From the NCBI GenBank assembly GCA_051362555.1, contig CM120642.1:30008001-30072000 (forward strand): a stretch of 64,000 nucleotides of DNA, given 5' to 3'. Positions within the stretch are counted from its first letter, which is position 1, and every line of letters begins with the position of its first letter. This stretch comes from Lingula anatina (lineage: Eukaryota > Animalia > Brachiopoda). The notes below the pieces were generated by a model. The model saw only the letters and a list, made by a program, of their open reading frames with translations, was not told the origin of the DNA and did no database searches. Both the position numbers and the translations under genes were made by a program. Below are positions 1-13,698 of this stretch, in pieces.

Positions 1-68
1 CGGTATCGCTTTTGCCAACAACGGTTTGCAAAGTTCGAAACGAAACGTTCTAGGAGGGGGAAGTTTAC

Positions 69-1563
69 CAGTAAAATAACCACTGTTGCAGGCGCCGTGC
101 CGAAGGTCGTCTTTCTTTAAGTCAAACTGCGGAAGCTCCAGATCTTCTTCGATTGTGACTCCGTCTACGTCCTTCCATCGAAACACCAGCTCTTCCATTG
201 TGTGGGCATCTGGACAGAAATGTTAAGTCTCTATCACAACAGCGTTTCACACAACTGTTTAAATGTACACTTATGGTACATATATATATATCGAAACGTG
301 TATATATTAAGAGTTTTTCTGACATACAAGTGGGTTCAGTAATAATTATTTGCGGCAATTATTTAGGTTAGATACAAAATCGCTTTACATGTACGCAAAC
401 ATATCATATCAAAAAATAAATGTGAAATGTGAACACTAGTCTCCCAGCATATTCCGAATACAAATATCAAATATTTCATTGGAACACAGCATTAAGATAA
501 ACAACTTACAGCTAACAATCTGCAGGTAACAAGTCTGTTTGTCCATGGGGAAACTGTGATAAACCATCTTGCAGGAAGGGTACAGAGTCAGTCTGAAACA
601 CACGATTTGTCACAGCACCGTTGAAGAATGTCACTAAATGAACTCCATATATTTTTAATGACTGTATTCTTGAGTATTTGTTTGCAATCAGCGACTATTG
701 TACGAAAAATACTTAAATGCTTTTGTGCATGTCAGTAATCTAAAACCATGAAAATAAATCACGGAAGTTGGGGTATTCGCTTTGACTGTAAGCTGATTAA
801 TTTATATACTAAGCATGTCAGGCAGCCGTTACAGCATAATGTAAAAGAGAGTAATCACCATTTGACTGAAGATATTGTTGATTTACAAACAAAAACATCG
901 ACTTTTTAGCCGAAAAGAGAACATTTTTGTTCGTTCACAAGTATCGTAGCGGCAAACAGAATTGACAATATGGTTTCAACAGATAATGAAACAACACGTA
1001 ATCAACGATTAACAGAGCACAATCGGATATCCAGTTAGCTGATATTCAGAACGGAAAATGAAGATGCAGGGGAGATGATAAAACAAACTTTTCATGTGGT
1101 AATAAAACAATTCCTTTGGGAAGTAACTTGTTAGTATATTTGTGAATCAGATGCAGCTGCAAATTACCGCGTTCCTTTGAGAATAATCTGTTGCTGGTTA
1201 TTATTTTGGACTTCGCAAAAATAAGTGACTTAAGTAAGTTTTTCAAATCAGAAAGGGACTTGTTTCATACCCCGGCGTACTGTTGTAATAACGGCAATGG
1301 CATTAGGCTTGACAAACGACAAAATACATGTACTATAGCTGAGGAGCTACGAGACACCTTCTTTCACGTAAGAACATATGTCTCATGAGTCTCAGAGGAA
1401 AAAGAAACGAGCTATCAATTACAGAAAAGATTACTGCACTATAGAAACGATGTTGCCTTTACATGCGTGATAAATCGACATTGTGAGGGTCCCTTTAGAA
1501 TTCCTGTTCAACGCAAAGTAGCCGGCTGTGCTCGTTAGAGGACTTGGCTAAGACATATTTCAC

Positions 1564-1608
<45 letters not shown>

Positions 1609-2484
1609 TTCCATAATATGGAATCTTGGAGGAGCTGTTCTAACATGTCCCGCAGCTTTTTTTACTCTTTTCTGTTGTATGCCAGTGACTGGGCTGGGAA
1701 AAGCTCATTTTCACTTTCATTCTTAAAACCAAACAAGGTCCAGGCCCCAGTTTCACAAAAAAAAACTTCCATGAGAGTGATGTTACACTGCTCCTGATAG
1801 GGTAAGATGTACCCATGTGACCATGTAACCTTGGTAATTAAGTTCCTAGACAGTGGACCTGACTTAAGTTTTTTGTGAAACTGGGACCAGGAGCTGAATA
1901 GAAACCTACTTTTGACTGTAGAACACCTCCCCGTTGGGGTAAACCCTAATCAAGCGGTTGGGCACTGCAATGTCGTGGCCATGAGCTCGTCTGCTGTTCT
2001 TAAAGAAACAGTCGGGTTGCCACAGTTCGTTGATGCTATTATAATGAAGCTGTAATGGCTTGGTCAGGTTGCCTGGGAAACGGAGGCGCTGGTCCAGCCA
2101 TCTTTGGCGAAAATAAACGTTGATTGAGTACTCCTAAAAGAAAAGAATTAAAAAGATGTGAGTACAGTTTGAAAATTACGAAACAACGCCAGTCGGACAG
2201 GTTTCCGGTCTAAAGTTGTCCTAGTCTGAACAATTCTAATTAGTCTTGACACTCACAGGACATGATCAAGATTTCCAAGAAATATCTGTGAATGCTGGAC
2301 CGTAATTTCTCTTCATTAATCACCAAAACCGAAAAAGTAATGCGTCTAAGAAAAAATCGAAAGACCTACATGGGTTATTGAATTAAGGCCTATCTTTGGT
2401 GTTGTTACCCGTAAAGCAATATTTGCAAAGGCTTTTTAGGTTTGCTGTAGACGTAAAGGTTCAAGACCATGAATATGTCATTCA

Positions 2485-2519
<35 letters not shown>

Positions 2520-3044
2520 GGTTGTAGCAGAGCGTGGGGTTAAATCATCAGTTATTATATATTGCATTAAAATATACTTCATTATAACGAGAGGGAGGTG
2601 CCCTATAGTTACAGATAGAGAGGGGTAACGCGAACTTACCTTTAATACACGTTTCTTTCCACATAACATTAAGATCACTAGCCAAGAATCATCAACTTTA
2701 CTTGAAAAAATATTGCAACCCTGATAATGACACGCGAGTTAGTTACTTGGACTTGCAAGTTGTAGCGGAATCGAAAGAAACTGGCTCTTCACATATCATT
2801 TGAACATCTTTTGTAATATTATCTTTGGTATTCTCACACTATCACTTGATGCAGATACGTACCCAACGCAGCTCATCTATATGCTCGAAGTCAAACACGT
2901 GGATATTCATAGTAACCGTTGTCACTTCGCCTAAAAGAACAGAAGACATACAGCTGTCAGGACTGGCGGTGTGTCGTACCAGTACGTAAGTATCCATGCA
3001 ACTGTTTATGCAATCTGGACATGCAGGGGAATAATGAATGTGGT

Positions 3045-3087
<43 letters not shown>

Positions 3088-6000
3088 TGAATAAATTATT
3101 ATTTTCAAATTTTAGGCGTACAATAACACTATACAAACATTTAATTCAAAATAAACCAAACTAACCTTGTTGTCTGATACAACAGGTTTGCCTTCTATGA
3201 ACAGATTATGAATTATATATATAATAAAATAAATTATATATATAACCATGTCAAGAAACGGAGTCATTTCCATTTAATTCCAATGCGTATCAGGTATGGG
3301 CAATGTCAAAGGTATAAAAATACGGCTAAGCTTTGATGTGAGTCATTTCACTGTATCCGAAAGTAAAATGCATGTTGTCGAACAAAATGGAAAAATCTAC
3401 AATCTACAAATGTGTACTTACATGTAATTTGTACTTGTATAGAAAGGGAAACTGATGGTTTTTATGACTGATATTTGAGTTCAAGTCAGTCCAAGCATAT
3501 GGTGATTGATTTAGTTTTTGATTAGGAGATAAGATCCAACATGGGAGACAAATAAACTTGCAAGAAACGGCAATTCCTGGTAACGAGTGCGTCCGCTGGG
3601 ATTACCTAGAGTTTTGATGTGCTTTTTAGGATACGTATTATAATTTGTTAACTGTAAGTAAATACTACAGTTCGTATGATTAAACACAATTTGTAAATAA
3701 TCTGAATTCGATTCTAGCCCAATAAATGTGACGTTATCCCTTATCTAGCCGGTTGAGTGATTTTCAGACTAGATGGACTGAGCTGACTTTGCAGTGCTCA
3801 TTTAAGTCACTAACCTCTAGATTTGCCTTGGGTGTGTAACATTTTGATTAAAATCATGCATGTGTTATTATTGCTATGATTAAGATTTTTTTATTGTTAA
3901 AATTTATGCCTTGGTAAATGCGACGTGAAAATGATCTAATGATGTAATTGCCAGAAGTTGATTATTGCCTTGTTAGATAACTGAATGACAGTAAGAAAAG
4001 GCACTGTACGCAAGCACACATTTAAAGGTATACTACTTGCGTTTTCAAAGACATATTTCTTAATTCTACACATCCTGTCAGGCTACCCATCTCTCCCCGT
4101 TCGGACCTCCAAAAAGATTTTAAAAAAACAAATTCAAGTGCCTGGTGTCAATATTATCTTCCCAAATGTAAATAAATACATGGTTGTCTAAAGTTGCTGA
4201 TACGTTATTCAGAGTTTTAACTCAATTAATTAGGAATGGTATAAATCATCCAATCCAAGTGATGGGACGTACGCTTCGTAGGAAACATAGCTTTTTATTT
4301 CGAGGATAATTTGATTCGGTTAGGAAATACTGGATAGGAAACCTTCAAATACGCGTAAAATCGTAACCCTTAGGGAGTCGTGCTTAACAAAGCAAAATAA
4401 TGTTTATATACACACTACATTTTTGGTTTGTAAAGTGTTTTTATATGGTTCTTTTGTCAAGACAAGGGTCGATATCCTGTCTTCTAAAAAAACCCGCAAA
4501 ATATTGCTAAAGAACTGCAGTTTATACAGTAAAATGTCACTATACGGGCTCCATCTCGGGTTTAATACAGTATTGGGTGACATAAACTACATAATGTTTG
4601 ATACCTTATAGAATCTAGAACAAAGAGCAGTGGAGTTTATCTACCTCATCGCATCTCCTCTAGTCAGAGATTGTTGAAGTTCAACCAATAAGCTTTGACG
4701 TTTGTCCTTTATTGATCACAGCACAAAAAACACCGAATGTGAATTGAAAACTTGTTGCAATATTGGCTTTTGATTTGAACAAAATTGGCTTAAATTCCGC
4801 CATAAGGTCTTCGACAATCAAACTGGTAAGTAGATATTTGGACAAATGACAACCCCACTTAATTTCAGTGGTTTCTGATTGCCTGCTCCAATGCTGTTGG
4901 CTGCGGACGGGACCTCCCATGGCCTTTTCAATATTTTTAACTAACTGTTAACCTTTTCCTTTCTCTCAGACAGCGTCTAGACAATTACCAGCGGTGATAG
5001 ACCAAAGAATAACTCGCTCGTGTTTAAGGCTTCCAACTCTGCCCCCCCCCCCCCCCCCCCCCCCCCCATTAATCATCTGCACTCCCCCCCCCTTCCCAGC
5101 GCAGATAATCGTGTCATGTATTAGCCAAAGACATATCAGTAAATATCTAGTGAAACACCCATCTTTGACCCTGGTAGAGGGTACCTTCCCCCCCCCCCCC
5201 CCGACCCTGCACTAAATGGCTTTGCCCATTGATCTGGTATCAACCTGCCGTGTCCACTAGGAGAACACGGCTATTTGTGATACAATTCCATTAGACGGAT
5301 AAAAGCATGAGTAAAAAGGATTAAATGTCAATTCTGAAATGGAATACAACATATCCAGGGGCTTAAGGGCATTTGAATACCTGTCCTTGGAGACAAAAAT
5401 AAACATTTACATATTTGGTGAAATGGGGACTAGGGGCCGTTTAAAAAAAAACAGCTATAGTTATCAAAGTTTTTCTTTACATTTAGACTCAATACTGGGC
5501 TTTAACAGTTCAAATGAATCCCTAGTTGTCCGCAATAATAAAGTGTGTTCCAATTGATACAAACATTGTCTAACCTGTTTTGGATCCAGGTCGTATCCTC
5601 ATATCGTACTTCCTTTCATCTTTGATCCTCAGAAAGTCGACCAGAGTGAAGGCGACACTGTCATTGTAGTATTTGTCTTCGGGCGGAGGTGCGTCTTTTT
5701 TCGTGTCCTTTACACTCGTTGTGCTGCAATGAGAGAAACTTAAATTAATTTTCTTTGGCTGAAACTTTTCTTTACGCGGGTGATGAGAATGATTAAATTT
5801 CGAAAAACAAGTAACAAGAGTTTACAAAAGTATACTTCAAATAAATATGTGCAGAAATACAGACCTTATCAAATAACTAAGTTCCATAAAACAAATGTGT
5901 TTAATATTTATATCATTTACAGAAAAAAGAGTGCTTAAGATGTTTTGAAAATTAATCTAAATTATATTAAAAAAATGAAAACAACATCAAATTTTACGAA

Positions 6001-9000
6001 ATTGCCAGTGTATAAAAACATTTTGCGACTATCAAAAATGAAACAGAGTATTTCACGTAAATGAAAGCATGGCAATACATTACCTTAATGTTGTTTTTTA
6101 TATATTAATTTGTCACCTGTAGAAACATTATCAAGTCACCCTGGCAACGTTCATACAAAACCTTACGTAAAGGTTGGTTTCATTGTGTCAACAAGTAAAA
6201 GATGATAATCAGTTTTTGCTGGGTAAAACATGCAATGTACCCAATAAAGATTTCTTATGGAAAAGGGTAACTCGTAGAAAATGTGCTCAGTTGTAAACTA
6301 CAGTGCCACTAGTGAGTAGAAGTAACGTAGATAAAAAAACATGGACGATTTGCTATATGAAATGGTGGGAAGCAATGAGAGTGACAACATGTACATGTAT
6401 GTGTTCAGTGGATGTAAGTCGGGACTGTGTATATGACCGTGCTTTTTACTATACAGATGTATGGAAGCGACTCAAGCAAAAGTGTGGTTTATTCAAAACC
6501 ACGTATTCAAACTACACGCGGTGGGTGTGGATAACGGTATAAATCTCGCGGAGGAGTTCCAAATATCAATAAAATGGATGAAATGTTTGAAAAGTCAGTA
6601 AGGAGGATGAAACACACCAAATCTAATCAGTTGGTAGAATTTGACAACATGAATGAAAGGCTATGGAAAGCTAAGCTTGGAGTGTCGTCGTGCCAGAATA
6701 TTTGATCATCAGACTTACGTTTTTGAGAGTAATGCTCTCAGGGTACTCACTGCTACGGGGTATAGGCGGCAATGTAAGTGTTTTCTGGCACTATAAAAAA
6801 GGCATAACTGTTATCCTAATCGATTTTACCGGTGTTCTCTATTAATGACGCACAAGTTGGGTTCTAAATTAAAAAATAGATATACAGTTTGCAGTATCCC
6901 TTGTGGCCACTCTATTGTCACCAATCCAAAAAGCCTTTTTTTGCAACTGTACCTCTTTTACATTGAAGATAGATGAAGGCAAGCGCTTCTGCATCAAAAT
7001 AAAGGTTTGCGATTGATTACATTATATAACTTGCATGTGTCACGCAAGTTTACAATTAAATGCGTTAGCTGTAATAAAAACTTCGAATTAGATTTCTGGC
7101 TTTTTGATACAACCACACGCACAAACTGCAAAAAGAATTATAGAACCTAACTGCCGTCTAGTCTTCAAAGCACTCTTTGTTATCTTACTGTAGCGTTAAA
7201 CATAATGATCAATTGACGTTGGAAATACTAACATTGTCAACTTTCTTTTCATGGATTTTTAAAAACTCAGTCCACAATGTTTTTCCTGGGAAGGACCTCG
7301 GTTCCATACTCCTTTTTTCATCTTTTCCCACTCGCAGGGTCAACCACCAAACAAACGATATATTTATCCTCAATTTATGATAAAAACTGTTGCATAACCT
7401 CACGCAATATAGCTAGAGCCATGCGACATTTAATGGGGAGCCATGGCTACAACACCTGGAACTTCAAAAGTATTTATGAGTTTCGAAATTTCTTTTTTAT
7501 ACTGATGAATGTAATACAACGGTTCCGCGCGTTACTTTTACTTTCACTTTCAGTTGAACAAGTATTTTTCACAATCTGTGAACTACACGTATCAATTCGC
7601 TATTTGAAAAACACGTAAGAAGTCTTTGAGAAATAAGCAACTGATAGTCAATAAGAAAATTAGAGAAAAAAAGACAGGAGCATTTACCTTATAATACAAA
7701 GGTCACCGGGTGATATAACTTAATGTAATGGAAAATAATACAGATAAAGATAAAATGCTGATTACCCAATACATGTTCACGGCCAGATAACTAAGTTGCA
7801 CTTAACACGTGGAAAAATGTAACCAGATGAAACAGAAATGTACAAAACCGGTTTGGTTAACTCAAAGAGCTCTTTCTGAAATCTGTAATTGAGTTATGCA
7901 ACAACAATTGGCAACAAGCTGGCACGAGAACATGCATATAAACCTACATGTAGTTCTTGAAGACAGTCGAAGAAATCATGAATGCATCAGCTCTATACAT
8001 GCAGTCCATTGGATACCGCCCAAAGATTGTTTGAAATTGGCAAGGCTTGGTTCATCATTTGTGTAATGTTCCCGAGACAATCACATACCAGTAGCAGGAA
8101 ACGTGTTATGCATACTTTTGCATATAAATGAAGTCTTTTTTATCTCTATAGATAAGAGCTGTTTAAAAAGTTGTTTAAAACAAAATGTTTTCAATGTTGT
8201 ATATATATGATTTCTTTGCCTTATCTCAAGCATTAAGCCATATATACCGGTACACACGCTAGGACTGATGGGCGTTGTCAGGAGAGCGAGAGAGAGAGAG
8301 AGAGAGTTCCGCGAAAAACAGGCTCGATTTATGCCACTTTTCGAAATAAATTCGACGGAATTTTGAGATCAAGCAACCAACCAGCTATCGCACTTCTGCC
8401 CGTCCATTCTTCAAAATTCATTTTACGTGTCTTCTAAGCGTCCTAAGCACAAGAGGTATCACGCCATCTACCGATTCAGAACTGCTGATCAATAGCCCAA
8501 CAGGCTCATCCACTAATGACTGCTTTGTTCACAGGTCTATAGACCTAACAGTACATCATTCCTTACGTATGTGTAATCAGCGAATGACAAAGTATAAAGA
8601 ATAAGGTACCCAGACGTAATCTAAATTAATGCTTTCTTATTCTGAGTGGCATTTCCACTGGGTGCCTGCCAGGCTAGACGACCAATCGTTTACAAGGTAC
8701 CCTAGCCGGGCCATTACCACATTCTTTTTTATATGGAGTTATTCAATCTATCTTTGATATGCCCATCAAAATAATAACTGTACGTACGTGTGTTCAGAGC
8801 TGGTCCAGCTCAAGGGGGAAATGATCCAATTGACGTCACAAAACAACGGATCACGCATTAAAGCCCATATGTGGCGAGGGTTTTCTTTGTGTCTTAGAAT
8901 TCGTTTTATGTTTGCTGCGCGACTGTAGATAATTTGTATATACAAATTATATAACAATTATATTGGGAATATATATGGTGTTTATTATTTCGACATTTTT

Positions 9001-11660
9001 AAACATAAAGACCCAAGGTGGACAATATTTCAATAATAACAAAACATAGCTCTTACAGTAATTCAGCGATCCGCTGACGTCCAGGATAGAATAATTCGGT
9101 GGCGTCATTTGAGATTTTTACCGTTTGAGGAGACTCACTTTTTTGCGCGAATTTCGATTGTAAGATACTGTTCACCAGGGAAATGAACATTGAGAGGCAT
9201 TGACCGCTTAAAATCCTTGGTGATAAATATTGCAAGCAACGGCACGTGGGTTTTCTGACCGAAGTTTCATCAGAGTAGTTTAATGCATGGGAATACTACC
9301 CAGGCAACAACTTATTTAGCTTACACAAAGTGCTACTTAACTCTAGCTATCGATTCGATTTAAAAACAAAACCCTGGCCTCATTTGATTGATAAAAAAAT
9401 TGGTTTTAACCATTGGTCAATTCAAATGCTCGAACCAGCAAAATGCCTCTAGAAACAACGCCATGCACTGAAAATACTAACAGGATCAATTTAGCCCCTG
9501 GGAAAGCAGAAGGTAAATGTGTAGCAGTAATAAGTTGGCAGAAAGAAACTGTGTTACCTTCAAGATTACTCAAAGATGGGAAAGAAAACCTTCCTATTTT
9601 ATTGAATTAACCTGCCCGGAACAAGTCCTCAGCGTATATCTGATAAGCACTTTGTGCAAACTGAATTGAAGGGCCTGTTCAGAACTAACGGATCCACGGA
9701 TCAAATATGGCCGACCCACTTGAAAGCTTGCCGTATAATCCCCGCAAGAATCCATAATGGGATTGCGCGGAAAGCTTTCAAATGGGTCAGCCATATTTGA
9801 TCCGAGGATCGACTTGTTTCCGAACAGGCCCTAACAGCTTGCAGTAAAAGGGAGGATTAACCCCTAGTGCAAGTGTATTCAGAAATGAACCCCGTTGTCA
9901 ATACCGTAATGGAAATTTCCGGAAAACTGCATGTTGCTGATAAAATATTGCATGGAAACATCCCTTGGAAAAATTAAACGTCTGATGATGAAAACTGATA
10001 TTACAAACCACGTACGTGACAGTCAAACCAATAACTTTTCATCAACGGCGTCGTATAAAAGTACAAATGAAGCTAAACAGCCTTAAATAATGTTAAGTAG
10101 TCAAATGGATCTCTATTGTATGCACCAAAAAAGTAATGTATTTACATATTCTTTGGAGATCGATTTGTTTTAGATGCTCATTAGCTTTCTAAGTCAGTAT
10201 TAAAAGAAAATTCTACACGGAATCCAATTTCATAATTTTGTCTGCCGACAAGGCATCATTTCCTAATTCTTTTTCCAAGTATTCAACGACCTCAATAACC
10301 GCAAATCATGCCCTCTATAGAGTTTACCCCATCCTTAGCAATCTCATTTCAACGGAAGCTCAGTCAGAATCCCAATGAATAAATCAGTTCCATGTAGTCT
10401 CCGCCAGTAATATGGAAAATGTCCACGGGGAGGCAGGTTTACACACCACACGAGTACCGAGCTGTTCTTTTATTCATGACGATTGTTTCGGGGTGTTAAC
10501 CGCTGGCTGTCTTAAGGGCCAGGGTAATTAAAGTAAACACACATATCTGTATGGGCCGTATATCATAGTTCATCATTTGTGCATTCGCGCATTCTGAAGT
10601 ACAGAGCAACCAGTTCGAGCGTGATTAATTAGATAAGATGTTGTAAGTTTACGTCAACAACAGAATGTAGAGGTACAAGTGATGCATTATTAAAGACCCC
10701 ATCGCGTCACTTTTGTGGCAAAGGTGATCATGTATTATCAGCTGAAAGGCATGTCACGAGATAACAAACTGAAGTGCTACTCTCCAAGTATGAGGGTGCA
10801 TTTTGTGAGTGACATTTGTATTACGTTTGCAATAAGCAGGTGGCATAGGATTTGTCAAGAACCAAATGGAATAGACTTCTGGAATGTTTTTTGCTTGTTT
10901 TTTTATGGCGATATTTTTTTGTAATAAATCCGTACAATACGCCCAGAAATAAGTCCCTGTGTCTAATTATAATATCAGCACGCTTATCAGCAAGAAATAA
11001 AAAGAGTAGTCTGCTTCTTAATGGAATGTGCTGCATCTAAGACCCCTAGAATTTGACCCCTTTCGGACCCCAAGATTTGACCCCTTACGTCCTCAGTAAA
11101 TTGAATTTGCATAAACAGGAACAACAGAAGAGCATTAATTGGCATGGGGTAGAGATTCGGAAGTTAGCACTACCCTTTCTCTTATTAACACTTGTCAAAA
11201 CCAAGGGCACTCTTGGGTTACCCCTTGGGCGTTTAGAGATGTGGAAATAGGATATGAAATATAAAAAGAATTCCCAATATGTCCTGTTATAACAGGAAAA
11301 TATCCTATTTTGCTTTTTATATTTCGTGCAAGAATGAAAAAACTTCCTCCTTGCAATCGACTTAGGTATCGACCAATGGGTCATTTCCATGCCGCCCTTG
11401 GCAATTACAAATTTTTACCCACCATATCATAATTCACTCTGAATTAGAATGGGTGTCCTCACACACATGCGAACCCTTCTTAACTGTACATGTAGCACCT
11501 GTGTCATTTAAGGTTTTCAGGGAAAAAAACTTGCAGCGACCACAGTAAATAAAACTGCGGCTACTCCTTTTGATACATACTTTTTGAACGATTAAAGCAT
11601 ATTAATGTACATGTGTGCTTCTTGTTAATTGACTAGGAAACGATGCACACTTGTAGAATA

Positions 11661-11713
<53 letters not shown>

Positions 11714-12458
11714 TACACTACACGAAAATGCTGGTTAGTAGTCTTCATTCACCCGTATTCCGTTGTTCATCTATACTTGCCATCCTATTTATTTATTTAT
11801 TTCTAAGCTATTGTTATGTAATCGACTAAAGTCCGGGATCTGCATATATGTTTGGGAGCATGTCACACCGTCCAGATGGTTTTTATTTCTACATTTTAGA
11901 AATCTTCCATTTGAATAACGGATAAAGATATCATTTGAAATATGTGCCGAAAAATTGTGCCTGGGTTTGCAAATATGGAGAAACCTTCATTTTCAGAGCT
12001 GCAAGTATATTTTACAAAAACAATTTAAATGCTGCACTGGTTCATATCACAGTAGCTCTTACAAGCTACTTTAACAAAAAACGCCGCATTTTTCATTTAT
12101 ATCCAGTCAAAATCTCTTCCTATCAAATTCCCTTCACACGATGGCCCCTTCAGCACAATGGTTTCCCTCGGCCACTCCCACCAGTACCCGAAACAAACCA
12201 TATCAAAAGAACCATCCTTCATCGGTCTTGTACCATACACCTTATCAATCGAATATTACTTGCGCCTTTAGAAATAAGCCAAACCAGACCATCGAATCCA
12301 TCACGCCATCATCAGATTTATCTTTATATAGCGATTCTACTTATATAGCCTTACCTTCGTTGATGATGCCGTCGAGCCGTAGAAAGAGCGACCTGTTCCA
12401 TTAACCACAGTGTGCATAGGACCGTCGCTATACTCCTCACAAATTCGGCCGTATTCAT
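69..12458 (-). CDS. Cys-loop ligand-gated anion channel subunit, glycine receptor/GluCl-like (extracellular domain only; 3' end lies beyond the left edge)
   Basis: Minus-strand exons 12458-12355, 5723-5575, 2930-2863, 2133-1910, 592-510 and 209-69. All introns are GT-AG and phases are compatible. Translation: signal peptide MNTAEFVRSIATVLCTLWLMEQVALS; YDMRIRP; EYSINVYFRQRWLDQRL; LWQPDCFFKNS; PNRLIRVYPNGEVFYSQK; Cys-loop CKMVYHSFPMDKQTC (C-x13-C); IVSYAHTMEELVFRW; LELPQF; loop C CNSGYFTG. The 68/224/83-nt exon series matches the conserved GlyR/GABA-A gene structure. Confidence 0.93.
1567..1604. repeat. (TC)n microsatellite
   Basis: Perfect dinucleotide run. Similar runs occur at about 2485-2518, 8287-8306, 11665-11710 and 24194-24221. 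Confidence 0.95.
1744..1887. mobile_element. PIF/Harbinger-type MITE
   Basis: TIRs GCCCCAGTTTCACAAAAAA...TTTTTGTGAAACTGGGAC with a 3-bp TSD CAG on both sides (1741-1743 and 1888-1890). Lies in an intron of the channel gene. Confidence 0.75.
3047..3086. repeat. (TA)n microsatellite
   Basis: Perfect TA run. A second one lies at about 21130-21173. Confidence 0.95.
5042..5067. repeat. poly-C homopolymer (poly-G on the channel gene sense strand)
   Basis: About 26 consecutive C, with further C-runs at 5084-5092 and 5188-5202. Confidence 0.9.
5110..5181. mobile_element. Right-end fragment of the TA-flanked MITE family (CCCTCTACCAGGG TIR)
   Basis: ACATATCAGTAAATATCTAGTGAAA...TGACCCTGGTAGAGGG|TA matches the right ends of the copies at 27981, 39767 and 57301. 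Confidence 0.65.
9671..9831. mobile_element. Fold-back Harbinger/Tourist-like MITE
   Basis: Arms of about 60 bp: GGGCCTGTTCAGAACTAACGGATCCACGGATCAAATATGGCCGACCCACTTGAAAGCTT and AAGCTTTCAAATGGGTCAGCCATATTTGATCCGAGGATCGACTTGTTTCCGAACAGGCCC. Flanks are GAA and TAA, a degenerate TAA TSD. Confidence 0.8.
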
Positions 12459-13647
12459 GGCGACGAGTTGCCCTGAAATAAGAAGACGTAAAGAGCAATT
12501 ATCAAGTGCAGACGAGAGAACGCCCATAATTCATGGATAGAAGATGCTGAATCGGATATTTAATAAAAGATTCATCGGCTTGTTTATGTATACGGGACTT
12601 AGAAATTCACTGCCGTGATTTAAGGGGGCGCAATAGGTCTATTGGAAGGGCTCTCGATAAGAAATAGATGGGGAAACTGAAGAGGGCATGTGCACCACCA
12701 CCACCCCGGATATTCCTTGAGTCGTATCACGCACAATTTCGCTCACTGATCCAGATAATTAACGAGTTGACCGCGCAGCTAATTTCCGAGAGAGGGTCGC
12801 TTGAGTAAATTTTTGGGTGTACCAGTGCCAGTGCATTATGCTTACATATACTGTTTCCATTCACACAAATACAAAATGACTATAACAGTGCAAACATTTA
12901 TGGTGACAAAATCCGGCAAATTTATAATACGCGTTATTATGTCAAACAACGTACCTAGAAATATCAATAAGGACATTTACCTAGACACATATATGAATTC
13001 ATATAGACTAAATGTGTCTGTACAGTAACTATTTAATAAAAGCTATACGCATTTCACAGGCTTGTTGTTGTCTCGGAAAAAATGACTTTTACTCAAGATC
13101 CGTAGTGTAAGGGGCGCGTGTAGGTGTCGTTTTTTCAGCAGTTAGGTTTTGGAAGCGGAGTGCTGCGCCTCCTCCGCGTATTCAGTTAGTCCGGGTCACT
13201 GCTCGAGATCCTCTCGTGGGGAATCACTCGTCACACTCGTATATCATAAACTAAGTGACCATTAGAGATCATTTTATCGATCTCGCGAGACATTTAGCGA
13301 TTACAACTTTAAACAATAGTTAAGGGGTGCAGATGATCATTGATCGACAGGTTCCACACGTATCTTGTAAAAATGGCAGAATATATTGTTTAAAAAAATA
13401 ACGGTGATCAAACAATATATCCCCTGCAACAGAATACAGATATATATGCTTCTAGGCAGCTTCTGTGCTTAGGTTTCGTACGATATTTCTATCCTCCAAA
13501 AAATTACTAAACTTGCAATTGGCCATTGTGACAAAACTATAAACCATTTTACAACGTTCATTGTGCCAACGCTATGGAACATGGGTAAGTCAAGCAGCGC
13601 AAAACCGACTGCGGCAAAGTTATGCAAAATGCTATATTAACATACAA

Positions 13648-13650
13648 AAA

Positions 13651-13697
<47 letters not shown>

Positions 13698-13698
13698 A
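13648..13698. repeat. (AAAT)n microsatellite
   Basis: Tetranucleotide run. A (TTTA)n run also lies at about 55525-55557. Confidence 0.95.

Noticed and set aside
7688-7774. Alternative signal-peptide exon for the channel gene (MYWVISILSLSVLFSITLSYITR*)
   Set aside because: It is hydrophobic and has a nearby donor, but an in-frame TGA precedes the donor and the phase does not match the next exon. AT-rich sequence easily gives such peptides.
10690-11020. Kolobok-like element beginning TTAAAG (similar ends at 17525, 18296-18304 and 37159)
   Set aside because: I could not pair left and right termini with matching TIRs, so I left it unannotated.
11935-12348. 137-aa plus-strand ORF, and other ORFs of 60-140 aa between 6 and 37 kb
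   Set aside because: Many start at non-ATG codons, lie antisense within introns, and show no domain motifs or chains of compatible splice sites.
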